63,756 nucleotides of DNA, filler included, from Collodictyon triciliatum (GCA_043381765.1; 32 parts of 32 records of this genome joined end to end with filler, not necessarily neighbours in it), one strand, 5' to 3'. Shown: positions 1 through 11,652, numbered from the whole stretch's first letter. Numbers and translations: made by a program. The notes: generated from the sequence alone by a model not told the origin.

Positions 1-733
1 GAAAAAGAAAAAGAAAAAGAAAAAGAAAAAGAAAAAGAAAAAGAAAAAGAAAAAGAAAAAGAAAAAGAAAAAGAAAAAGAAAAAGAAAAAGAAAAACAGA
101 AAAAAAAAGGAAAAAAAGGAAAAAATAAAAGAGACAATGGCGGCTTCGAACCCTTCTGGCCTCCACCGCTGCTGCCAGGCACTTGTTGGGGTTGCTGACT
201 CATATTCTGCAGTATACTTTTGTTTCTCGCCTTTCGAGTTCGCCTATCAAGGGTGCAGAGTAAGTGGTAGCCTTTTCAACAAGGGGCGCGGTTGTGTGAT
301 CAAAACAAACTCTTTTTGTGCGCGGCTGAGTGCGACAGATGAGCCATCTCTTCGGGAAAAATACATCGATACGTGGCATTTCCGAGAAAGCAGCAAATGC
401 AGAGCGGCCGCATCGAAGGTCGCAACACACACACAGGCAGATTCCTTCTTTCGCCTGCGGGATGGGTATTTCCAGGCTGTGTGGATTGAAGCATTAAAGA
501 GAAAGAGGGAGTGAGGCAAAGATGCGGGAGTAATGGGCTGCTGGGCTTAGATCTGAGTCTGGATGTGGCCTGAGGTCAGAGGTGGCCTTAAGTGAAGCGG
601 AAAGGGCAAGATAAAGGCAGCCAGGGGGTTTAGATTGCGCGCGTTTTCGCGCCAGGTCAGTTGAGTGTCTAGCCACCGCCAGGGGGGACGTTTCAGGTGA
701 AATAATGGCTTCTCTCAAAAGGAAATAAAGAAA

Positions 734-904
734 AGATAAAAGATAAAAGATAAAAGATAAAAGATAAAAGATAAAAGATAAAAGATAAAAGATAAAAGAT
801 AAAAGATAAAAGATAAAAGATAAAAGATAAAAGATAAAAGATAAAAGATAAAAGATAAAAGATAAAAGATAAAAGATAAAAGATAAAAGATAAAAGATAA
901 GATA
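734..904. repeat. (AGATAAA)n heptamer microsatellite; representative of dozens of SSR tracts in the window
   Basis: Perfect tandem 7-mer. Other tracts include (TACA)n 3721-3840, (CAAA)n 10691-10788, (TCCAAA)n 11820-11968, (ATT)n 23268-23363, (CTAT)n 30290-30393, (GGTGAT)n 38971-39087, (CCAAAA)n 50650-50830 and (GTGATA)n 56641-56741. Confidence 0.97.
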
Positions 905-1869
905 AATAAAAAGGTATACCCTCTGTCAACGACTACACACATAAGTGGAATATCAACAACGGTGCGACCAAAAGAAACGAAGATTAAATGTGAATATCAG
1001 CCGCGCGCTCTGGCGAATGGAAAGAAACAGCGCGTGAAGGAGGATACGTGGCAGATATGAAGGGAAATCTCGAAACATGATATCTGGAAGCTTCGGATGA
1101 ACAAGACACGAGCAGAAAAAGATTACCATTTGATATCTGCGGCGACTCCTGATTTTTATTCTGCACTCATTCAACACCGAGACGATGCTCAAGACAAAGG
1201 ATTCGAACACGAAAATATGGCTTGCATGATTGCATTTTAATTGCTTTTGAATAATGCTTAGTTTTACTAAGGAGCGAAGAAAAAAAAAAAGGAGAATGAA
1301 GCAAAGCTTTGGATTGTGATTTTCTTTGGAGTTGTGTGCTGAGTCATCATCCAAATAATAAAATAATCCACAAAATCGAGTATTTTTTTTTATAAGTGCT
1401 TTCCTCAGATTGGATGGACAAAAACATTATTTTGGGCCACCGGCCATAAACTGCGAATGAGGGGAGATAAGAAAAATTGCACCAGATATAAACTTTTTTT
1501 TAAAAAAAGGACCTTTCATACGTACCATGTTTTGTGAATAATATATACATCATAAACCAATCTTTAGTAGCAACCCAATCTCTTGAGAAGACTATCGTTT
1601 GCGATGTTTTCCAAACAACTCCTCTCTCTTTTATTTATGTAATTTTTCTATCCATCGACAAAGGTAACAGATGTTGATTATACGAAATTAAATTAAATAC
1701 CGGTCTCTTGAAGAACCTTACAAAAAAAATCATATCATGGTTTTTATAGATCGATTGGTATATTTGGAATCATCTGAGCAAAAAAAAAAAAAAAAAAAAA
1801 AATATTTATTTTAAAATTTTAAAAAAAAAATAAAAAATTAAATAAAAAAATTTTTTTTAAATATTAAAA

Positions 1870-1969
1870 NNNNNNNNNNNNNNNNNNNNNNNNNNNNNNN
1901 NNNNNNNNNNNNNTTAATTAATTAANNNNNNNNNNNNNNNNNNNNNNNNNNNNNNNNNNNNNNNNNNNN
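1870..1969. other. Artificial contig spacer (N44-TTAATTAATTAA-N44); first of 31 such spacers
   Basis: The same 12-mer, which has stops in all six frames, flanked by N runs recurs about every 1.96 kb (e.g. 1914, 3885, 5855, 7825, 9795, 11764, 15524 ... 60703, 62661). Flanking segments have near-uniform lengths. Confidence 0.98.
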
Positions 1970-2036
<67 letters not shown>

Positions 2037-2282
2037 AAAAAAAAAAAAAAAACCCCCCCCCCCCCCCCCCCCGCCAGAAAACATTTAATCTATCAATACT
2101 TATATCCTTTTCCACCATTCTTTATTCCCTCTTGTTTGATAAAATCGCTTTCTTCTCAAATAAGCGGCCAACAGCGAAAAGGCATGCCTATTTTTCTAAT
2201 TTCTTCATGCCCGGAAATCACTAAAATAAGAATAAAAATGAAATAAAAAACGGCGGTATGGCGTGGGGGAATCCAATGATTC

Positions 2283-2874
2283 CTAAGAAGCTGCAGTCGA
2301 CTCATCCTTGGGCAACTCAGCAGGAGCGAACAAAACAAGCAAAACAGACACATTGTCCTTCGACTTTTTCTCATCGATAGAATCCTTGACCAAGTCACGC
2401 GCCACAAACGATGCCAGCTGGTTGCCAATTCGTTGGCCTTCAGGTGCTGTTCCACTTGCACTAACGGGTGGGTGAATGTAGAGGCGCATTCGTTCATCCA
2501 CAAACTTTGTCACAAGCTTTGGGTCGTAAACCTTCCAGAGTCCGTCACAGGCCAGAACTGCAAATCGGTCGCGGGCGGAAATCTTAAACTTTTGGATCTC
2601 CGGGAGAGCTAAGGATTCATGTCATAACCATAAGTGAAGATACGCATGTTTGGAAGATAACCAATTTGTTGATAAGCCAAAGTGTCGTATGATTGAATAC
2701 CAACCAATGACTCCATACTTCTTGAACTTTATGTCTCCGAATGCTCGGGATACTTCAATCAAGCCGACTACACGTCCGTCCTTGATAAATCCACCGGCCT
2801 TTTCGATTCGACTCCTCTCTTCAATAAATATTGCCTGATTGAAATGAGGTAGCGATATCAATGCCTTTGCGTTT

Positions 2875-2942
<68 letters not shown>

Positions 2943-3577
2943 TATAAAATCTGCAATTAGCTTTTATTGAAACCTTGTGTTCTTTGTTTAAGGCCATCGA
3001 TTTCAGAGTTATCGAACCATTATCCTGGAGTTAGGGAGAGATATTACTTTAAATCCATCATCATGAAATCTTGTAGCACATATATGTATACAATCACGAT
3101 TCCTTTCTTGTGGTACTTAAATAATGAAATCAAACGTCAGCTTCACGACCAAGTATTGCACGGCTATCTCCTACATTTGCTACATACGCTGTTTGGTCGA
3201 TAATAACCATGGCAATTGCAGTAGAGCCATCATCCCAGGATTTTTCTTCAGCCACTTTTACGAGTTCTTTGTCTGTAAAAGAAAATGCTTCGGTGATAGC
3301 CTTCTTGACCAAATTGGCATCTGTCAGTGAAGGAAGTGACGCCAAAGAGTTTGCGATATTAAAGTCCAAGTGGTCGCTACATACGGAAATATTCCACCAG
3401 GAAACTTTGAGCCTCACAAAAAAAGTAAGAAAGAGAAAAGAAAGACGGTCCGGATGAAAAGAAAGGAGGCTTCATCATTAGGAAACCCTTATGATTTATT
3501 TATTTATTGAAAAATTACCGAAGGTATTGACTACAATTCCGTCCACCATGCCCGTCATAAACAGCAAAGTATAAAAC
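2283..3577 (-). CDS. Protein phosphatase 2C (PPM family, ILKAP-like); 5'-incomplete, at least 5 exons
   Basis: Spliced GT-AG exons give YFAVYDGHGG ... DGSTA ... ANVGDSRAIL ... NKEHKAIFIEERSRIEKAGG ... VSRAFGD ... VLACDGLW ... SKDNVSVLLV, the full set of PP2C metal-binding motifs. Stop TAG at 2283. Confidence 0.95.
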
Positions 3578-3940
3578 CTTATGGGATGGATGCGGGTTTT
3601 GAATAGATGCTCTCTGGGAGAACAGAACCTGACTCTGCTTCTGCTCGACTGGAAAGAATAAATATCCATTCAGTCCAGAGACTGATATTCCAAGAGCGTC
3701 CTGACTTTTTAGACACACAGATACATACATACATACATACATACATACATACATACATACATACATACATACATACATACATACATACATACATACATAC
3801 ATACATACATACATACATACATACATACATACATACATACNNNNNNNNNNNNNNNNNNNNNNNNNNNNNNNNNNNNNNNNNNNNTTAATTAATTAANNNN
3901 NNNNNNNNNNNNNNNNNNNNNNNNNNNNNNNNNNNNNNNN

Positions 3941-5508
3941 TTTGATTTAGAAAAGACTGTGCAGGATTTAATATCATACTCAGCGTTGTTTGGTCAGGGT
4001 TAAATGTAGTGTTTGGTGATGCCGCTCCCAGGACTTGAGGACTAAATAATATGTTATATGATCTCTGTGCCCTAGCAGCATAATTGGATTGATTAAAATA
4101 TTGTGAGCGCTCAAACGTAGTAAACAAATTCTGCATGGACTGTGATAAAGCCGCACGAGATATATGCCCACTTGTTTGTATCATGCTAACAATTGACCGT
4201 GCAAGTAAATTACTAAAATTTATCTCATCAAATTCGTTTAACTTGGCATCAAGTGAATCGTTTGCGATTGTTTCCAAATCTTGTTCTTCACGTTGTAATA
4301 TTTCCTTATAAGCTTCATTTAGTTACGCGGTTGGGATTAGTGCTAAATCTGTTGCCCGAACAACCTCTGCTCTAGTTTGCATTACTTTTTGACAATCTGC
4401 TTGAAAATCTCTAATGTTGCGAATATATTCTTGTAACTCACTTGGCAATGTCTGATAAAAATTAAAAACACTTTGATTTGTTTGTTCAGTTGCGTTTCGC
4501 GTCAAAAAATCTCTGATAAATACTTGTAAATCTCTGGCTAATTTATTACCAAATTCAATTAACTCACCCTGGCGAAGAGATTCTGTAATTTGTCGAAATA
4601 GTTCTTCCTCTTTTATTACTGTTGCTGGTGTTGATAACGAAATCAGTGCATCATCCACTCTTCCTGCTCCCTGTTGGTCTTGGGCAATTGCTTCATCCGT
4701 ATTTTGTAAATATCTTCTGTGATATTCCTGCAAAATTTCTTTATTAAGTTGAAGTCTTTGAACTTCTTGTCCTTTTCTTAACTTTTCAGCCAGTTCCTCT
4801 TCAGCCTGTTTTTTTTTCAATAGCTATCTGTCTTTTTCTTTCATTTTCTTCTGCTTGCTTTTTTAATTGTATCTCTCGTGCCGCGTTTCGTGCAAGAATT
4901 CTTTTTTCACGTGCATCTGCCTCTTGTTGTGCTATTCTTTCTATTTCAAGTTCACCAATAAATCTATAATACGCAATATTCCAACATATCAAATCTAAAA
5001 TTTCATCTTCTGTATAATCTAATTCTTCGTTGGCAGCAAAGCTATAAAGATATAATCGCACGTCTTCGTCAAATTCATTGTCCATGTAATCCATAAACTC
5101 AAATTCCTTTTCCTCACCAAAATCTTTTGGAACGTTTTCTTTATAACTAAACCCTCTGTGTTTATACCACTCTTTAAAGCAAAGATTCATACCGGTGTAA
5201 ACTTTAGATGCTACTCTCTGACCACGCACATTTTTTTCTGAAGGTATCCTATTGTCAAATACTCTTTTTTACTTCCAATTTCTTGTCTTACCTCGTCTGC
5301 CATTTTTTGCAATGTTTCCTCTCCTTCTTTACTTTCTATAAACATGTAAAATTGTGCAAAATACGCATTAACTCATCCATTGTTGTATCCAATCGTCCCT
5401 TATCTTCTACTTCCTTTGCTTTTCCTCTATTGCAACTGCTTCCTCTACATCTTTCTCTGCTTCTCTTTCTTTATTTTCTTCAGAATATCTTTGTATACTT
5501 TCTTTCAT
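3941..5508 (-). pseudogene. Decayed intronless gene of about 520 codons encoding an acidic, coiled-coil-rich protein of unknown family
   Basis: ORFs 4801-5229, 4323-4820 and 3885-4277 plus upstream pieces join into one frame after single-base indels at homopolymers (~5420, ~5360, ~5267, ~4812) and one in-frame TAA (4323-4325). Codon usage is uniformly A/T-ending and no introns are needed. Confidence 0.8.
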
Positions 5509-5810
5509 GAACGGAAGGAACATCGACTCAAACATCTGGGTTGTCAACAAAGAGTACATGGAATATCAAGTAAGCGGGACACCTCGCGCTATGATTTTCT
5601 ACGACCTGGAGAAAGCATACGACTATGTGAACCACGAAGCACTGGAAACCATCCTACACAAAAGAGGCTTCTGTACCGGATTCACCAGTCTCATCAAGAA
5701 ATTGCACGACAATGCAACAGCAAGGGTACTCACGGCACACGGACCTACCGATGCAATCCAAAGACAGAGCGGGGTGTATCAAGGCTGCCCACTTGCACCA
5801 CTGCTCTTCA
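5504..5810 (+). mobile_element. Non-LTR retrotransposon (L1/Tx1-like) reverse transcriptase fragment, 5'-truncated
   Basis: FMNGRNIDSNI ... IFYDLEKAYDYVNH ... SGVYQGCPLAPLLF matches LINE RT motifs (GFxxGR, DxxKAFDxV, GVxQGCPLSPLLF). Composition shifts abruptly at ~5505. Runs off the contig end. Confidence 0.93.
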
Positions 5811-5910
5811 NNNNNNNNNNNNNNNNNNNNNNNNNNNNNNNNNNNNNNNNNNNNTTAATTAATTAANNNNNNNNNNNNNNNNNNNNNNNNNNNNNNNNNN
5901 NNNNNNNNNN

Positions 5911-6735
5911 CCTGTCCATCTCTATCATTCCAAGTACCTTGTGGACATTCAATACATGATTTGTTTCCATATGAGCCGGAGTTTGAGTTGAATGTGCCTT
6001 TTGGACAAGCGTAGCATGAGCTTGAGTCTTTATTGATTCCCTCTTTTTGATAGAATCCTGATGAGCACAAGCTGCATGATACGCTTCTCTCTGAGCTGTA
6101 GCTTCCATCTGGACATGAAATGCATGATGATTGATTATCTGAGCCAATTTTATTATTGAATGTACCAGCTGGACATGATGTGCATGATGCTTGACCATCT
6201 CTATCATTCCAAGTACCTTGTGGACATTCAATACATGACGATTCTCTATATGAGTCGGATTTTGAGTTGAATGTGCCTTTTGGACAAGCATAGCATGATT
6301 TTGAGTCTTTAATGATTTCTTCTTTTTGATAGAATCCTGATGAGCATAAGCTGCATGATGCGCTTCTTTCTGAGCTATAGCTTCCATTTGGACATGGAAT
6401 GCATGATGATTGGTTGAATGAAGCAGTTTTGTTGTTGAATGTACCAGCTGGACATGATGTACATGATGCTTGACCATCTCTATCATTCCAAGTACCCTGT
6501 GGACATTCAATGCATGATTTTTTTCCATATGAGCCGGAGTTTGAGTTGAATGTGCCTTTTGGACAAGCATAGCATGATTGTGAGTCTTTAATGATTTCTT
6601 CTTTTTGATAGAATCCTGATGAACATAGACTGCATGATGCGCTTCTTTCTGAGCTATAGCTTCCATTTAGACATGAAATGCATGAATATTGATTGAATGA
6701 ACCAGTTTTATCGTTGAATGTACCAGCTGGACATG
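5911..6735. repeat. 279-bp (93-aa) intragenic tandem repeat, about 3 copies
   Basis: The anchor GTACCAGCTGGACATGAT recurs at 6162, 6441 and 6720 (spacing 279), and the units are highly similar at DNA level. Confidence 0.92.
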
Positions 6736-7780
6736 ATAAGCATTCATCTCTTTGTTCATTACCATACGTTCCTTGTGGGCATTTAGCACATGATGAGTTG
6801 CTTGTTGAGCCAAATCTAGGATTGTAAGTTCCATCAGTACAATTAGTGCACCCAGTCTGACCTGTATATTGATTGTACGAACCAGATTGACAAATTTCGC
6901 ATATTGATGTCCCTGATTCATATGAAAATCTTCCTTTTGGACATGGCTGACAGTTGCTTATGCTGGTTGATGCAACATTTGGATTGTAGGAACCAGCCGG
7001 GCATTTTTCACAGGTGGTTGATTTCGTTTTATTTGAGTAAGTACCAGTGGGGCATGTGATACAAAATTGCTTTCCTTTCTCGTTCATGAAAAACCCAACA
7101 GGACACTGAAAACAACTCGACTTTCCATCAACGCTATTGTATGTTCCTGGTTCGCATAAAAGACATGACGAATTTCCAGCACCTCGAATGCTCGGATTGA
7201 AGGTTCCTGCAGGGCATGGAGTACACGACTTATCTCCTGCATTGCTGTAAAATCCAGCGGTGCAATTATTACATGCCACTTGCCCCTTTAGATTATTAAA
7301 CATTCCAGCTTCGCATTTTTTGCAAATTGATTGGCCCAAAAAGTTGTTATATGTTCCTTCCTCACACAGAAGACAATCTCTCAGGCTTGTTGAACCGGTT
7401 GATGGATTGTAAGTTCCAGTTGGACATAATAAACAAGAGGTGAGCTCATTTCCGTTATTGTAAGAGCCAGTTGGACATTTCTCGCATGAATTTGATTGCT
7501 GGTTGAAAAAGTATCCTCCTTGGCATGGACTCCAGACTTTGATAAATCTATCAGTGCTCGCTGAAACTATTTTTGAGTCTGAAGTAGCGAAAACACTATT
7601 GACGGAATCGGTGTGACTCAAAAGTGTTCGAATTTCTCTGCCATCTGACAGTGTCCAAATTTTGACTGATTTATCACTGCTCCCAGAATATAATTTTGTG
7701 CCATCCGGCGAAATTGAAACGCTATTTACTGAGCTTGTATGTCCATTTATTGTCCTAATTAAAGTTCCATCTAACATATT
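5911..7780 (-). CDS. WD40-repeat plus tandem Cys-rich (ephrin-receptor-like/GCC2-GCC3, furin-like) repeat protein; partial at both ends, intronless
   Basis: Open across the whole contig. Two WD40 repeats (GHTSSVNSVSISPDGTKLYSGSSDKSVKIW; SHTDSVNSV...DRFIKVW) are followed by about 20 CxxCPxGTY/FN units. Confidence 0.88.
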
Positions 7781-7880
7781 NNNNNNNNNNNNNNNNNNNN
7801 NNNNNNNNNNNNNNNNNNNNNNNNTTAATTAATTAANNNNNNNNNNNNNNNNNNNNNNNNNNNNNNNNNNNNNNNNNNNN

Positions 7881-9750
7881 GTGTTCACCGATGTATCGAT
7901 AATTTCAGTGATGCCAAGCAGTGCATTGACACCCACATCTATCAGCAGCGTGAAGGCATCCGTGTCTCAAAATCTGGACTTTGAAGGCAAGGTGGGATAT
8001 GCTGTGGTGTATGCCTACTTTTCTGATGACACTCGAATGGAGATACAGGAGTCGGATGGTCTCGCCATTACATCAACCAATCCTTCCATTTCGGTCATGA
8101 GCTCGCCTCCAAGAATGATATCTGTCTCCAGCGGATGCGGATACTATGTCAATGTACAGTGGAGCTCCTGCGGCAAGAGCCTGGGTGGCGGACTCGGACT
8201 CGTCAACTTGAAGCTGCCCAAGATTATTCATATAGCAGTGACAGTCACAGATACTAAAATCACGAGTGCCAATGACCTTTCTACGACCGTTGGCATACCC
8301 ACGAAGAGCAATCTGAAGGTCATGTGCACGTTCGAGAATGGAAAGCAGAGTGACTACACACTAGACTCCAGGACAAACTATGACGACATTACCGCCGATA
8401 CAAACAACATCATTCATATTAAGACAATAGTGTCATCCAGAACCACAGAGGTCTATGTGGTTGCGACTGGCAATGGCTTCGGAACCGCGACGATAGTAGT
8501 GACAGTCAACAGCGCACCCAATTTACATGGAAGCGTGGACATCACCGTGATTGGATTTGCGTCACTGAGTGTCTCGTCCAGTCCATATCCGACATACACA
8601 GGTTCCAGCACAGTGTCACTGACTAAGCTGACTCGCTATGAGTGCACACAAATCTATCAAAGAGTGACGCTGGCATTGTCCATGAGACTGACAGATAGCT
8701 CTGTGCATGACATCACATCAAAGTCATCGACTGTATTCTCTGTACCCACAAGTCAGCAAAATATTTTGGCAATCAAAGACAAAAATATCCTTGAACCGAC
8801 TGGCACACACTTTGGAGCTGCTACTATCACAGCCTCATACGGCGATGCGTTAGTTACAATAGACATCGTGGTCGCGGACGAAACAGTGAGCGCAACATCG
8901 CTAGCAACCGTATTTCCGTTAACATACACCGGTATCATCGGAACATCAACACAAAGCATCAAAGCGACTGCTATATTCCAGGACGGAACAAGACATCCAA
9001 CGGCTCACACCATCACTGGGCTAGTATCTTACACCAGCGATGACCCAGCCTCGATAGCTATTGACAACACAGGAACAGCGACCATACATGCGAATTCGAG
9101 AAGTCAAGTAAAACTGACATCATCAACATGCTATGGAGTCGTAGGAACGTCAAGTGCTTATGCCAATCTGAGTCCGGATGTCGGTGATGTCGATATTGGA
9201 AGCACAAGCGGCCTTGCATTGAGCAACATCGCAGTTGGGTCCAGCTTGACAGTTCCTGTCCGAGTCAACACGGGAACAAAGGCACTTGGAAGTCTCGATA
9301 CTAGTCTTGTATATGACGCAGATATATTCGATGTAACATCATACTCCACTGGAAGTAGCTGGCCAGGTGGACAGTTAGAAATTACCTTGAACGACCCACC
9401 AGGGGTCATTCGCATTGTAGGCGCGACAAGTCCAACCAGCAACTCAAAGGGCACACTGGAGGTTGTCAAATTAGTATTCAAAAGCAAACAGAACGGACTA
9501 TCACACTTTGCTGGCTTCATCACCAAGATGCTAGCTAACGATGCGACATCTTCGCCAATCGGAAGCGCACTTGCGCAAGGAGAAACGAGGGCAATTATAG
9601 CTGGTAACGCTCCAGTAAAGAGCGGAACGGAAATCAATTTGAGAGGTTCTTCGAGGAAGGGAATGTATTTGGATGCGAGACAACAACATACTGCAGCCAT
9701 ACAACAAGCCGGTAGAACATCACAGACATGCAATCCAGCTAGTATTCTTG
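7881..9750 (+). CDS. Large Ser/Thr-rich protein fragment with tandem bacterial-Ig-like (BIG2/TMEM132-type) repeats and a cohesin-like module; partial at both ends, intronless
   Basis: Open across the whole contig. Repeated LxVxxxF/LxDG-type strands (YAYFSDDT, VMCTFENGKQSDYT, SMRLTDSSVHDIT, ATAIFQDGT). A cohesin-like segment lies at ~9231-9545: VGSSLTVPVRVN...LGSLDTSLVYDADIFDV...NDPPGVIRIVG...GTLEVVKLVFK. Confidence 0.75.
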
Positions 9751-10114
9751 NNNNNNNNNNNNNNNNNNNNNNNNNNNNNNNNNNNNNNNNNNNNTTAATT
9801 AATTAANNNNNNNNNNNNNNNNNNNNNNNNNNNNNNNNNNNNNNNNNNNNTTGTTCTTTTGTTCTTTTGTTTTTATGTTTTTATGTTTTTATGTTTTTAT
9901 GTTTTTATGTTTTTATGTTTTTATGTTTTTATGTTTTTATGTTTTTATGTTTTTATGTGAGAGTTGAGAAGAAATAAAGGAAATATAAATATAAATAGAT
10001 AAACAAATAGATAAATAATATATCAATGAAGAAAAAACAAATAAAAAGAATAGTTAAAAAGAAATAAAAATAAATACAGAAGGAAGAGTTAAGTTAAAAA
10101 TAAAAAAATAGTAG

Positions 10115-11109
10115 CTTTGAAAACTATGGCGCTTGTGAAATTCTTTCATTTCGAAGTCATAAGGATTTAGAGTTGAAAGACAACTTTTTGTACAGAGAAT
10201 ACCCCGCTTTTACAGCCAAGAGACCCAACAAAGACGGGATTCATAGTGTGCTACGATGCGACCAATCCAAAGACACTCGCACATGTATGCTTCATCGAGA
10301 TAGAATGTCGTAGTAAAAAAAATAATAATGAATAGTCATATAAATCCCCACCATTTCTTGTCCCACATATACAATTTGTATTTTTTTATCATCACACTTA
10401 TTCGGATTTACCGAGCATGTTTGTAACTTTTTATTTAATTGATCTCGAACCTCGGTTTACCCTTCATGAATTGCAAACTGTCAAACTCTACCTCCAACTT
10501 AACCAAACACGATTTTTTTTTTTACTTGCAAACAATTGTAGGCTCTAGAGGTGGTTGATTGCGTCTATTCCACATATAATTATGACCCAAAGAGACAAGA
10601 TGGAGAGCCCCCTGTCACTGTTTTTCTTCTAAGGAACAAATGTGGTTAGTTTCTCACGCTCGAATACCATATTTGCACCCTCTTTCTTTACAAACAAACA
10701 AACAAACAAACAAACAAACAAACAAACAAACAAACAAACAAACAAACAAACAAACAAACAAACAAACAAACAAACAAACAAACAAACAAGCAACCAGTTT
10801 GGACAATTTTTCTACTCATATTCACATGTCAAATACGCTTAGACTCAAAATAAACAAAAAAAAATTTTTTTGTTAGATTTGCGCTCAAGATTCCCATTCG
10901 ACCCCAATGTGTGCGAGGGGACAAAAAAGGGGCATATACAGCATTTTGAAACTTCTGCAAAGTTCAACGAGAAAGTAATTGAAGTGTTCCGCCAGATGTT
11001 TGTCATATTGTTGGACCCGAATTCCCACCTCCTGAAATCCCCAAACATATCGGAGGCTCCCGCCGAAGAGGTGCCTCGAGGCTGTGGGAGCCCATGTGTT
11101 ATTTTATAA
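10115..11109 (+). CDS. Divergent Ras-superfamily small GTPase with C-terminal CAAX; 5'-incomplete
   Basis: Exons 10196-10284, 10542-10644 and 10877-11109 splice in frame: GFIVCYDATN ... VFLLRNKCDL (G4) ... HFETSAK (G5) ... PCVIL*. The upstream exon 10115-10155 (FENY...) is tentative. Confidence 0.85.
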
Positions 11110-11616
11110 AACATGCCACCACCGTTATCGGGCACATGCTTTTGCAGCTCTTACTCAAGGCCATCCTTTGATATCCAGATACACAATCGATATGTTTATT
11201 CCAAAGAGTCGATGCCTTTTCTGCCATTCTCTTTCCCTTCTTTTACGTTGGATGACCTCATTAAAAAATTATAGAAAACAAGATTTTTTTTTTTTTTTTT
11301 TTTTTTACTTTCGCTGGGCGTTCCGCCTTTTCTTCTTTTTAATTTTGAGGTGTTTGGTGTCAATAAGAGGGAAAAATGTTATCATTTTTTTCATCACCTT
11401 GGAGCTGGTATCCATTGATGATTCGATTAATTATTTTTTTTTTTTTTGTTGAAATTGCACACGAAGTGGTAGAAGTATATTTAATCGTCTACAGGAATTC
11501 AAAAAACAACAGGGTTGCTGATGTAGATTCTGCAATTTTTTCGAAACAGTGAAAAGAAATATTTATATTAAGGAACTAGTTATTGTCCTGTGCTTCGCAT
11601 CGTGCGTGTATGTATG

Positions 11617-11652
<36 letters not shown>

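Noticed and set aside
137..514. 125-aa ORF and overlapping antisense ORFs
   Set aside because: No recognisable motif, and similar-length ORFs occur in several frames, so coding status cannot be supported.
4323..4325. In-frame TAA as evidence for UAR=Gln reassignment
   Set aside because: The same gene also has frameshifts. Conserved genes end in TAA or TAG at the expected positions, and the long ORFs contain no internal UAR codons.
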